DNA from: an archaeon
Lineage (GTDB): Archaea; Nanobdellota; Nanobdellia; Woesearchaeales; GW2011-AR9
NCBI GenBank assembly: GCA_002688265.1
Contig: NZCK01000007.1
Coordinates: 104,739 to 168,738 of the forward strand
Direction: 5' to 3'
DNA: 64,000 bases
The position numbers and the translations under genes are program-made. The notes beneath the pieces are model-generated. The model worked only from the letters and a program-made list of their open reading frames with translations. It did not search any database and had not been told where the DNA came from. Position 1 is the first letter of the stretch. Every line of letters starts with the position of its first letter. Shown here piece by piece: positions 36,233-45,269 of this stretch.

Positions 36233-37516
36233 TTATTGAACACTAATTGTAAAAGATTTGATCCTTCTAATTTTTTCTAAAACATATTTTGATTTTAAAA
36301 TCTTTTTAGTTACTGACTCCAAATCCCTTGTTTTGATAGCCACTTTTGCAAAAAGAATTCCTCCTTCAGAATAAACTTGGTTTTTGGAATTCTTATCTCT
36401 GAAATTTTGCGCAGCTTCCACCATCTTCTCTGGTGGGCCTTTCTTAACAAACCCTTTAGGTAAAATCTTTTTGGAAGTACAAATGTAAAGTTTTGCAGTT
36501 TCTTTGGGTGACCACTGCCAATCTGCTTCCCTTAACCCAAAACCAGCTAATTCAGATTTCAAATAATCAAAAACTTTGAGAAGCTTACAGCCAACAACAT
36601 CAGGTTTACCTACCAATGCAGTTAGTTCTAAATAAATTAAATTTCGTTTTTTGTTTTTAGCAATAAGTTCTGCAAATTCAACACAAAGCTCCTGATTTTT
36701 GAAAAAAGAAGAGTTTGGAGATTTAAGATACATTTTTGCGGCATTTTTGAAGCGTTGCCATTTCTCTTTGCTAAGAGCTGCAGCTGCATTACGATATTTG
36801 TCAACAGGGTCCACCACAATCAAAGGAGAATTTAATTTTGCTAAATCAATTTCCATAAAGACATCTTTGCCCTGATGATGTTTTTCTACGTCGACAACTT
36901 GTTTTATCTTCCATTTTATAGAGGCTTCTATTAATTTATGGAATGAGCCATAATAAATTGTTAAAATTTCTAAAACATACCCTGAAAAACCACCAAGATA
37001 ACTCTCTGCACCATAGCAACCCTGGGCTTTAGCAAATTGTTTAGCTAAACGAATTTGGTTTTTGATATCTTTTGGTTGCTGATTAACCCAAACAGCATGT
37101 AAAGGAGAGATGTCAGTGATGTTGACAGCCGCTAAACTTTGAGAAATCAAAAGAATTGGGACAATTTCAAATTTGTAGCTGTAGTATTCTAGTTGAAAAT
37201 AATCTCTAGAACCATGAACTCTTTGAATTTTAATTTTAGGAAAAGCTTTCTTTAAAGCCGCTTGTAATAAATCAGAAAGCTTAGCTGATTGATTGGCATA
37301 GATTTCGAAATCAAATCTCACAAAAATATCAATATCAGTTTTATTTACAAAAAAGGTGTCTTTTGCAACACTACCACCTAAAATTACTTCAGCTCCCTTT
37401 ATCCTTTTTGAGAGTGTTTTTATGAAACTGGCAGCTTTGGCATTGATATCAATAGTCTGAACTTTAGTTGGTGAAATTTTCTTAAGTACTGAAGCTTCGA
37501 TACTAGTCAATGTCAT
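36233..37516 (-). CDS. cca: CCA-adding tRNA nucleotidyltransferase (archaeal class I)
   Basis: GGSVAKDTFFVNKTDIDIFVRF is the class I nucleotidyltransferase motif. The length of 427 aa fits. Confidence 0.8.
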   Translation of the reverse strand: MTLTSIEASVLKKISPTKVQTIDINAKAASFIKTLSKRIKGAEVILGGSVAKDTFFVNKTDIDIFVRFDFEIYANQSAKLSDLLQAALKKAFPKIKIQRVHGSRDYFQLEYYSYKFEIVPILLISQSLAAVNITDISPLHAVWVNQQPKDIKNQIRLAKQFAKAQGCYGAESYLGGFSGYVLEILTIYYGSFHKLIEASIKWKIKQVVDVEKHHQGKDVFMEIDLAKLNSPLIVVDPVDKYRNAAAALSKEKWQRFKNAAKMYLKSPNSSFFKNQELCVEFAELIAKNKKRNLIYLELTALVGKPDVVGCKLLKVFDYLKSELAGFGLREADWQWSPKETAKLYICTSKKILPKGFVKKGPPEKMVEAAQNFRDKNSKNQVYSEGGILFAKVAIKTRDLESVTKKILKSKYVLEKIRRIKSFTISVQ

Positions 37517-37617
37517 TAAAGCCTTAGCAGATTTATGTCTTTATAATTGTTTTTGGGATATGGTGGCATATTTTGACTATGTGAAAAGAATATATATTAA
37601 TCACACCAAAATAAACT

Positions 37618-38136
37618 ATGCAAAAAAATCAACTTATTATGGAGAAGCTAAAACTAAAACATGAACTAGAATATTTTAAATCATATGAGAAAGATTTAGC
37701 AAATTACCTCATTCAAGATGCCTTATATAGTCAGCAATTAAGGTTATCAACTACTTTTTTATGTTTTCATAAAAATATCCTTGTAGGTTACATCACCCTC
37801 TTAGCAGATAAGATTACTCTAAAAGGAGATTTACAATTATCTTTTCGCAATAAAGGTATTCCTTATCAAACTCTTCCTGCACTAAAGATTGGTAGATTGT
37901 GTGTAGATGACTCCTTCTTAAGGAGAGGAATAGGCAGACAACTAGTTTCTTTTGCGATATTTAAGGCAGATATTATGTTCAAAGAAATTGCTGGGTGTCG
38001 GTTTTTAACTGTTGATGCTAAACATAAAAAGATTATCCCTTTTTATGAAAAAATAGGTTTTACAAAGTTATCAAAACTTAAAGTTAATAACAAAGCAATG
38101 ATTCTAGACTTAAATAAAATTAATACTTCACTTTGA
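37618..38136 (+). CDS. GNAT-family N-acetyltransferase
   Basis: LCVDDSFLRRGIGRQLV (acetyl-CoA motif A) and PFYEKIGF. Confidence 0.6.
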   Translation: MQKNQLIMEKLKLKHELEYFKSYEKDLANYLIQDALYSQQLRLSTTFLCFHKNILVGYITLLADKITLKGDLQLSFRNKGIPYQTLPALKIGRLCVDDSFLRRGIGRQLVSFAIFKADIMFKEIAGCRFLTVDAKHKKIIPFYEKIGFTKLSKLKVNNKAMILDLNKINTSL

Positions 38137-38272
38137 ATTTTGTTTTTCTTGCTTCATGCAAAAATTTTATTCTAGCTGGATTTGGATTACGTTGTTCTTC
38201 TTCCATTTGCTTCAAAAAATGAATTGCATCTTTGCCCTTCAAAATAGGAGTTGGTTCAATTGGTTTTGCCAT
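38120..38272 (-). CDS. small hypothetical protein (50 aa from the ATG at 38272)
   Basis: MAKPIEPTPILKGKDAIHFLKQMEEEQRNPNP.. Convergent with the GNAT gene and overlaps its 3' end by 17 nt. Confidence 0.35.
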   Translation of the reverse strand: MAKPIEPTPILKGKDAIHFLKQMEEEQRNPNPARIKFLHEARKTKFKVKY

Positions 38273-38393
38273 GATATTTTGGAAATAGTTTAGATTTATA
38301 TGCTTGTTGCATTTACCGATATATTCTATTTGAGTTTTTGTACCTTTGTGGCAACAAGGAATCTTTTTATACAAGTTATGTTTCTGGTTTTAC

Positions 38394-38693
38394 ATGGCAA
38401 TTTTGGACTCAAAAGTGAACTGTTACAGTTGCCAGGAAACTGTTTCAAAACGGAATACTCGTTTGTTTAATTTGTATGGCAGAGGTAATGTCTATGAGTG
38501 TTTTAGTTGCTTCAAAGGTAACAAAGGTGGAATTCCACACATATTGAGTCAATCAAAAGAGAAGCAAAAACAAGATTTATTTTGTAATCAATGTAGGTAT
38601 AAGTTTTCTAGTCGGCGGGCTGTTTGTCCTTATTGTGGCAAATCTGCTAATTTAGTGGAATCTAATGTGACTACTGTTGATTTGCTTGGGTAG
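38394..38693 (+). CDS. zinc-ribbon protein (three CxxC pairs)
   Basis: CYSC..CFSC..CNQC..CPYC. ATG at 38394 preferred. Confidence 0.5.
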   Translation: MAILDSKVNCYSCQETVSKRNTRLFNLYGRGNVYECFSCFKGNKGGIPHILSQSKEKQKQDLFCNQCRYKFSSRRAVCPYCGKSANLVESNVTTVDLLG

Positions 38694-38844
38694 GAAATTT
38701 TCTATAGATTTTTTGATGATTTAATACAGATAGAAGATTCTATTTATTTTTAGTTATTTGTTACTAAATAGTGGTTATTTTGAGGAAAAGTTTATAAGTG
38801 GGCTTTGATTCTAGGGAGTATTAAGCTTAATCGAGGAAAAAACC

Positions 38845-39222
38845 ATGAAAAGAGATATGAAACTGCAAAGATCATTTGCTAATGTGAAGGAAGATATGGC
38901 TCACCTATACAGCTATATCGATACCATGCGAAACAGAGTTGTTGAACTGGAAGACACCAATATGCGTTTGATTTCTGCAATGACTGTTCTTGGCGAAATT
39001 GTAGCAGCTGGACAGAAAAGGCAACTTGATTGTCAAAAGCATACTGTAAAAAAAGTAAGTTACAAACCAAAAGTAAGAGTTGTTGCTTCTAAAACTGGAA
39101 AGAAAGCGCATTTGAATTCTTGTGCATTTGCTAAGAATATGAAAGCAATCAACAAAAGAGAATTTAGCTCAAAGACAAGTGCTCGTAAAGCAGGTTATAA
39201 GCTTTGTAAGTGTATGAAGTAA
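38845..39222 (+). CDS. coiled-coil protein with a C-terminal Ada-like metal-binding motif
   Basis: The C-terminus KKAHLNSCAFAKNMK..NKREFSSKTSARKAGYKLCKC resembles the H-x3-C ... C-x-C Ada-type Zn-binding module. Confidence 0.4.
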   Translation: MKRDMKLQRSFANVKEDMAHLYSYIDTMRNRVVELEDTNMRLISAMTVLGEIVAAGQKRQLDCQKHTVKKVSYKPKVRVVASKTGKKAHLNSCAFAKNMKAINKREFSSKTSARKAGYKLCKCMK

Positions 39223-39279
39223 GAATTTAGAAAAATTAGTGATTAAATTAATAAAAAACGAAAGAAAATATGATATACA

Positions 39280-40461
39280 ATGGCAAAAGATGATGATAAG
39301 AATAAACCTAAATCAATTCTTGATAGAATAAAGATTCCTGGAACAGGTTTTAGTCCAGAATGGTTTAGAATTTTAAATATTGCACATGCGTTAACACCAG
39401 GAATGAGTTCAATAAATAGTGGGCACAGTGACCAAGATCAAGTTGGTGATGGTAAAGAGCCACAATATGGATTGGGCGATGGAACCAAAAAATATGAAGG
39501 TATGTTTCTTTCACAAAAATCGGTTGCAGAACCTGCTTGGAGTGATTTTGGAGGACCAATTAGAGATCACGAAGGTCGAATTTATGAGAACGAATTGCCT
39601 TTGAGTGCAGATGTTATGGAAGCTTTTGAAAGAGCAAGAATATTACAAGAACTGGGAGCTTTACAAGGAGAATTAGAACCAAACTATAGTGAAAGTAAAT
39701 TTGTTGATCCTATGATTGGTTTTGAAGATCCAAAACAGAGATGGAGAGAAGAACCAGAAGAAAAAGGGGACTTGAAATTATTATTAATTAAAAAACCAGA
39801 TAGAGAAAATTTTTCTTTTCCAATTATAAAAGATTTGTTAGGAAATCCTAACATAATCAATGAGAAAATGACTCACAAGATTCTTCCATCAGAAGAAGGA
39901 TTTAGAGATAAACGACCCTTAGGAGGTATTCCAAGTATTGAAAAACATGTGTTTGGAACAAATCTTGCTCCAACTAAATACGAATTTAAAGTAAGACCTG
40001 CTGATGCTCCTGAAGATGCACCTTATGATATAGCAGTTGTAGAACTAGCAAATGATCAAGGAAGTTATTTTTCTGGAAAATTGCCCATTAATCAACATAA
40101 AGCTCAAAAAATTTTAGAAAGATTAGGATTTGATGTTCTAGAAGAAGATAATCCAACCGATTATTTAGGAAGAAATACAAGTATAAGGCAAGAATCAATG
40201 ATTAATATTGTAAGAAATCCTGATGCAGAAAAAAGTTACTTCTTAAGAGAAAGAGTTAATGAAGAATCAGTTTCTGTGGATGAATTGAAACTTAAAAAAC
40301 TAGACACAGAATTATATGGTCCAACAGTAGATTTTGTAGATATTCCAAGAGAAGTTGGAAGCGATGAAGCTAACGTTGTTTATATTAGGGAATTATTTGT
40401 AACTGAAGCAATTCAACGCTCATATTCTGATTTTGAAATAACTATTCCAAAAAAATTCTGA
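39280..40461 (+). CDS. hypothetical protein (393 aa)
   Basis: ORF only. Confidence 0.5.
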   Translation: MAKDDDKNKPKSILDRIKIPGTGFSPEWFRILNIAHALTPGMSSINSGHSDQDQVGDGKEPQYGLGDGTKKYEGMFLSQKSVAEPAWSDFGGPIRDHEGRIYENELPLSADVMEAFERARILQELGALQGELEPNYSESKFVDPMIGFEDPKQRWREEPEEKGDLKLLLIKKPDRENFSFPIIKDLLGNPNIINEKMTHKILPSEEGFRDKRPLGGIPSIEKHVFGTNLAPTKYEFKVRPADAPEDAPYDIAVVELANDQGSYFSGKLPINQHKAQKILERLGFDVLEEDNPTDYLGRNTSIRQESMINIVRNPDAEKSYFLRERVNEESVSVDELKLKKLDTELYGPTVDFVDIPREVGSDEANVVYIRELFVTEAIQRSYSDFEITIPKKF

Positions 40462-40533
40462 AAATAAATTATTTTATTTTTATTTTATGTTTTTTCTTTC
40501 ATTTTGTTATCTTCTCTTAAGTTTTTGATTTAA

Positions 40534-40680
40534 GCAAAGTCTTAGGCGACTGCCAGGCTGGACCACTACATTTTGCTTCACAGCGATTTTGTTTCTTGCT
40601 AAGGCAAAACAAAATGTTCGCAAAAAATCGCAGTTATTTCCAACACTCCAGCAAAGAGGCAAGCGCGCCTGTGACTTTGC
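40534..40680 (+). ncRNA. Y1: candidate structured ncRNA (homologue of Y2)
   Basis: Closing helices GCAAAGTC/GACTTTGC and AGGCG/CGCCT. It shares with 46191..46316 the blocks GGCG.CTG..CAGGCT..CCACT, ATTTTGCTTC and GTTATTT.CA..CCAGCAA.G.GG..AGCGCGCC, in the same order. The strand is tentative. Confidence 0.5.
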
Positions 40681-40763
40681 TGTTTAGAATTATTGTCTCA
40701 CCCACTTTAACCACCTAAAAATAGTTAGCGATGTTTAAAAACTAGAAAAGATGTATTTTATAG

Positions 40764-42110
40764 GTGGTAGAAGCAGAGAAAGTAGACCTATTTAGAATTG
40801 AAGGAGTTACAAAAGTCTACGGACAACAATTCATTTTCAAAAATATTAGTTTTAACATCAAATCAGGAGAAATTCTAGGAATTGTTGGAAAAAGTGGATC
40901 TGGAAAAACAACATTTCTAAACATGCTCGTAGGACTTACTAACCCAGATAAAGGAAAGGTGCTTTATCGAAATATCCACCTCATTAACAAAGACGATGAT
41001 GATGCTTACAGACCAGTGGTCAGCAATAACAAAGAGTTTAAAGAAATGTACAGCTTTGCTTCACAAAAACCTTCTTTCTATCCAAACTTAACCGCAATTG
41101 AAAATCTAAGATATTTTGGATCACTTTACAACATCCAAAAAAAATCTTTAGAACACAATGCTAACAGCCTATTAGAATTAGTAGATCTTACTTCAGCTAA
41201 AGATTTGATTGCAGCTAGAATGTCAGGAGGAATGCAGAGAAGATTAGATGTTGCTTGTTCATTAATCCATGATCCAACTGTTCTAATTTTAGATGAGCCA
41301 ACCTCAGATTTGGATTTGGTTTTAAGTAACAAAATATGGGATATCCTAAGAACTATTAATCAAAAAGGTACCACTATTATCATTGTAAGCCACAACATTG
41401 CTGAACTTGAACATCTTTGTAACAGGCTAATTATTCTTAAGGATGCAAAAGTCGCTGCAATTGGAAGTCCGGCAGAGATAAAAAGCAAACACTTAGTTGA
41501 AGAAAGTATTTACATTCATTCTAAACCAGGAAATTACAAAAAAGTAATGAGTAAATTAGGAAAGAAAGTTCTAAAGAATGTGGTTAATTGGCAAATAAAT
41601 GAACCTACACTAGTGGTTGATGCTACCAATACAAGCGATGTTATCAAAGAATTGATGAAGGTTTTAGAAAAAGAGAAAGAGAAAATTATTGAAATCGAAT
41701 TACGTAAACCAAGTTTAGATAGAATTTTTGTGCAAATCGAAGAAAATCAATCCAAGACCTACTTGAAAAAGAGTGTAACAAAGAAAAAGAAAACAGTAGC
41801 TAAGAAGAAGAAGAAGAAGAAAGTTGCAAAACTAAAATCTGTTAAAAAGAAAACATCTAAGAAAAAGATAGTTAAGAATAAAACAATAAAAAAGGAAGAT
41901 GTGAAGAAAAAAGCCCTGAAAGAGACTGTAATAAAAGAGAATGAAGAAATTAAGGAAGATAAAGTTGATAAAATTGAAAAAGAATTGCCACCTAAAGTAA
42001 TAAATAAAGAAGAAAAAACCACAGAATCTGTAGAGGCAGCAGTAGAACAAAAACCAGATATTGATTATTTTCTTAGCACAGATATAAATAAAGAAGGTGA
42101 TCAGAAATGA
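40764..42110 (+). CDS. ABC transporter ATP-binding protein with a ~120-aa lysine-rich C-terminal tail
   Basis: Walker A GKSGSGKTT, signature MSGGMQRR, Walker B LILDEPTSDLD. The tail contains KKKKTVAKKKKKKKVAKLKSVKKK... Confidence 0.88.
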   Translation: MVEAEKVDLFRIEGVTKVYGQQFIFKNISFNIKSGEILGIVGKSGSGKTTFLNMLVGLTNPDKGKVLYRNIHLINKDDDDAYRPVVSNNKEFKEMYSFASQKPSFYPNLTAIENLRYFGSLYNIQKKSLEHNANSLLELVDLTSAKDLIAARMSGGMQRRLDVACSLIHDPTVLILDEPTSDLDLVLSNKIWDILRTINQKGTTIIIVSHNIAELEHLCNRLIILKDAKVAAIGSPAEIKSKHLVEESIYIHSKPGNYKKVMSKLGKKVLKNVVNWQINEPTLVVDATNTSDVIKELMKVLEKEKEKIIEIELRKPSLDRIFVQIEENQSKTYLKKSVTKKKKTVAKKKKKKKVAKLKSVKKKTSKKKIVKNKTIKKEDVKKKALKETVIKENEEIKEDKVDKIEKELPPKVINKEEKTTESVEAAVEQKPDIDYFLSTDINKEGDQK

Positions 42111-44083
42111 AATTCTTTTCTATACTACACAAAGATTTCAAATTAATCCTTCGAAGTAAATCTTCAGCTTTCACTGTTTTTATTGGTCCAGTATTAATTA
42201 TTGCATTAATCCTATTTGCATTTTCATCCTCAACAGATGAGATTAATTTCTCAATTGGAGTTGTAGATATCTCTTCCACTGAAGCCAGCACCCAAGATTT
42301 TATCCTTGAATTGGAAATTGAAGGATATACTATTATCCAATTTGAAGAATTAGATTCTTGTATTAGCCAGATGGAATCTTCAAATGTTAACCTATGTTTA
42401 GATTTTCCTAAGAATGAAACTGTAATTGACGTTGTTGATGTAGAAAATAACGAAACTGCAAGTAGTACTAAAAAACAAATCTCTTTTTATGTTGACCAAT
42501 CTAGAATCAATGTTGTTGAGTCTATTATCTTCACAGTTGGTTCTAACATTGAAGGGAAATCAGAAGAGATGACTGAAGAGAAAACCAAAGAAATTATTTC
42601 TGAGATCTCTACAAGAATCAGTATGATAAAATCTACTCAAGAAAATTCTTCTGAATTTGTAGATGTTTCTTTATCAGAGGAAATTAGTTCTACGGAAGAC
42701 CTTTCTGAATCTATTGCATCAGATGCCAGTTCAGCTAATAACGATTTAGATACTGCAAGTGATTATGGAGACACTAGCGAAGATGAAATTGGAAGCATTG
42801 ATACAGAATATACTGCTTTAGTTGCTGACTTAGATATATTAATGGAAATAATTGATGATCTAGATTTAAACGGAACTGATGAAGATGTTTACGAAGATGT
42901 GGAAGCACAAATGGATGGAAGTATTGCTACAAATATAAATGATTTAAGTGATTCAATTGACTCATTAAATGATGAAATTAACTCTGCTAGCAGTTCTACT
43001 GAAGATATCGGAGAAGACAATGCTGCCATTTTAGAAAATATAAATGAGATTGAAGAGATTATTTCAAGCCTTAGTTCTGATTTAGGTGTGATTTCAGATG
43101 AAGTAACTACTATTGCAGCCCTCACTGGACAAAATATTGAAAATGAATACGAGATTAGTATTAACGAAATTGTTTCTAGCTCAGACAAATCTTTGTTTAT
43201 GTTCCCTTATTATTTAGTGCTACTTATATTATTTGTAGGAATGATGCTTGGAAGTACACTAGTAGTTATTGAAAGACAATCCATGGCATTCTTTAGAAAT
43301 TATATTAGTCCAACTGGAAGTTTTATTCATTTAGCCTCTAGATTTACTGCTAATTTTTTGATTATTGCAATGCAAGTTGCCATAGTACTAACTGCAGTTT
43401 ATCTTTATCTTAAAATTCCATTCTTAGAAAACTATGCAGTTACTTTAACAATTTTATCTTTGACAATTGCTTTATTTGTATTTTTAGGTTATTTAATTGG
43501 TTACATCTTCAAAACACAAGAAGGAATTACAATTGCTATGATTTCATTCGGATCAATTTGTGCGTTTTTATCAAACTTAATTCTGCCAGTAGAAACTTTC
43601 TCTTCATCAATTAGAGGAGTTTTAATGTATAACCCTTACATGCTAGCAAGTGAAGTTTTGAAAAAAGCAATTGTATTTAACAGCAGTTTTATAGAATTGA
43701 ATTTAGAGATTATTACTCTCTCAAGTTACTTGCTGACTGTGTTTTTGATGGTGCTTGTTTTCCAGAGAATCTCTCTAACTAGTTTTTCTTTTAACTTAGG
43801 AAAAAAACGCGTGTTGAAAAGACCACACATTAGCCAAGATAAACACTTTGTTTTAGAAAATGGATTTGTTGTTGAAGACATTTCTAGTATGACAGAAGCA
43901 CTAAAAAGTATGGGTGCTGATGAATATCAAGAGTATGGTAGTGGTAAAAATAATGAGATTGCTCTTTGGATTAGTGATGTATTCAAAGAAAGAATACTGA
44001 CTTGGAGAATAAAAAGAGCGAAAACAAAAGCTGATGTGATAAAAGTGTTAGATACTTTTCTTGAGAAAAAGAAGAAGAAATAA
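42107..44083 (+). CDS. ABC-2-type permease with a large acidic extracytoplasmic domain
   Basis: One N-terminal TM helix, a D/E/S-rich domain of about 330 aa, a block of 5-6 TM helices, and a C-terminal soluble tail. Overlaps the ATPase gene by 4 nt. Confidence 0.7.
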   Translation: MKFFSILHKDFKLILRSKSSAFTVFIGPVLIIALILFAFSSSTDEINFSIGVVDISSTEASTQDFILELEIEGYTIIQFEELDSCISQMESSNVNLCLDFPKNETVIDVVDVENNETASSTKKQISFYVDQSRINVVESIIFTVGSNIEGKSEEMTEEKTKEIISEISTRISMIKSTQENSSEFVDVSLSEEISSTEDLSESIASDASSANNDLDTASDYGDTSEDEIGSIDTEYTALVADLDILMEIIDDLDLNGTDEDVYEDVEAQMDGSIATNINDLSDSIDSLNDEINSASSSTEDIGEDNAAILENINEIEEIISSLSSDLGVISDEVTTIAALTGQNIENEYEISINEIVSSSDKSLFMFPYYLVLLILFVGMMLGSTLVVIERQSMAFFRNYISPTGSFIHLASRFTANFLIIAMQVAIVLTAVYLYLKIPFLENYAVTLTILSLTIALFVFLGYLIGYIFKTQEGITIAMISFGSICAFLSNLILPVETFSSSIRGVLMYNPYMLASEVLKKAIVFNSSFIELNLEIITLSSYLLTVFLMVLVFQRISLTSFSFNLGKKRVLKRPHISQDKHFVLENGFVVEDISSMTEALKSMGADEYQEYGSGKNNEIALWISDVFKERILTWRIKRAKTKADVIKVLDTFLEKKKKK

Positions 44084-44488
44084 TCACTTATGATAAGGTT
44101 GATTCTTTTGTATTGAGAAAGCACGATATAATTGTTCTAAAAAAATTGCTCTAACTAACTCATTAGGGAAGGTCATATTAGATAGAGAGATTTTTTTGTG
44201 GACTTTTCTTAATGCTTCTTTTGGTATCCCGTTTGGTCCTCCGATTAAGAAAGTGATGTCTTTGTGATCCATAGTTGTTTGGTTTATGTATTTGGAGAAC
44301 TCTTCTGAGCTCAGTTGTTTGCCTGTGACTTCTAACGCTATTAAGTAGCCTTGAAGGTCTTGGTCTTTGAATTTGTCTGCGACTTTGTAATTGAATTTGC
44401 AGTGTTTTTTTAGTCTTTGAGAATAATCAGCAACTGCTGCTTTGACATATTGTTTTTTTACTTTTCCGATTGTTATAAGAGTTATCAT
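44084..44488 (-). CDS. rlmH: SPOUT methyltransferase RlmH-like
   Basis: The N-terminus ITLITIGKVKK.. and the C-terminus FLIGGPNGIP..ISLSNMTFPNELVRAIFLEQLYRA match the RlmH pattern. Confidence 0.75.
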   Translation of the reverse strand: MITLITIGKVKKQYVKAAVADYSQRLKKHCKFNYKVADKFKDQDLQGYLIALEVTGKQLSSEEFSKYINQTTMDHKDITFLIGGPNGIPKEALRKVHKKISLSNMTFPNELVRAIFLEQLYRAFSIQKNQPYHK

Positions 44489-44505
44489 TTTTGTTTAAAA
44501 GGAAG

Positions 44506-44577
44506 TGGACCTGTCGGGATTTGCACCCGAGGCCTCCGCAAAGCCAATGCAGCACTCTACTCCTGAGCTACAGGCCC
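44506..44577 (-). tRNA. tRNA-Ala(GGC)
   Basis: The reverse complement reads GGGCCUG-UA-GCUC-AGGAGUA-GAGU-G-CUGCA-UUGGCUU-UGCGG-AGGCC-UCGGG-UGCAAAU-CCCGA-CAGGUCC-A. The G3:U70 alanine identity pair is present. Confidence 0.8.
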
Positions 44578-44692
44578 ACAATGAGACTTGAAGTTTTGAA
44601 AGAGTATAAAAGGGTTTTGGGCACAAAAACACCACTGTATGCTCATTTAAGGGATAGAAACCTTTTTAAATAGGACTACGACCAAGGTGATT

Positions 44693-45235
44693 ATGGCAAG
44701 ATTACGTAAATTCGTGGGATACAGAGACTGGGAGAGACCATACACCCGTACTAGTAAATTCAACAAGAAAAATTATATTCGAGGAGGATTCCCTAACATT
44801 AAAATTGTTAAATACGAAATGGGAAACGTTCACGGAAACTTTGATACCACAGTTACACTACACTCAGATAGGAATCTGAACATCAGACACAATGCACTAG
44901 AAGCTGCTAGAATGACTAGCAACAAATACTTAGAATCTGCACTAGGAAGAAAAGGTTATCATCTAAAAATTAGAACATATCCATTCCATGTAATGAGAGA
45001 AAATCCACTTGCAAGCGGAGCTGGAGCAGACAGAATGAGCACAGGGATGAAGAAATCCTTCGGAAAAATTATTGGTGCAGCTGCACGAGTTAAAGATGGC
45101 CAAATAATCATGGAAGTTAAAGTTCCAAAAGCACATGTAAAAGTTGCTAAACAAGCTTTGAAAAGAGCATCTGCTAAATTTCCTTGTACAGGGAAAGTAC
45201 GAACTAACCCAACTAAACCTGTTGCAGCACAGTAA
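44693..45235 (+). CDS. rpl10e: 50S ribosomal protein L10e (uL16)
   Basis: MARLRKFVGYRDWERPYTR.., then RMSTGMKKSFGK. ATG at 44693. Confidence 0.9.
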   Translation: MARLRKFVGYRDWERPYTRTSKFNKKNYIRGGFPNIKIVKYEMGNVHGNFDTTVTLHSDRNLNIRHNALEAARMTSNKYLESALGRKGYHLKIRTYPFHVMRENPLASGAGADRMSTGMKKSFGKIIGAAARVKDGQIIMEVKVPKAHVKVAKQALKRASAKFPCTGKVRTNPTKPVAAQ

Positions 45236-45269
45236 AGAATTATTTCTTTTCATGTTTTATTGTTAATGA

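Noticed and set aside
36146-36247. A possible 33-codon membrane mini-ORF (MGTLTTYFITVIVAYIIVMGVLLYLDKKQVIEH) between the receiver gene and cca.
   Set aside because: It is plausibly hydrophobic, but it is very short, overlaps the cca stop region, and has no clear SD. Evidence is insufficient to call it.
41759-42050. Minus-strand ORFs 41759..42022 and 41832..42050 (F/L-rich).
   Set aside because: They are antisense to the lysine-rich (AAA/AAG) tail of the ABC ATPase, a low-complexity artefact.
44491-44673. ORF 44491..44673 (+, 60 aa).
   Set aside because: It is the antisense reading of tRNA-Ala plus the promoter region of rpl10e. Its G+C-rich codons derive from the tRNA.
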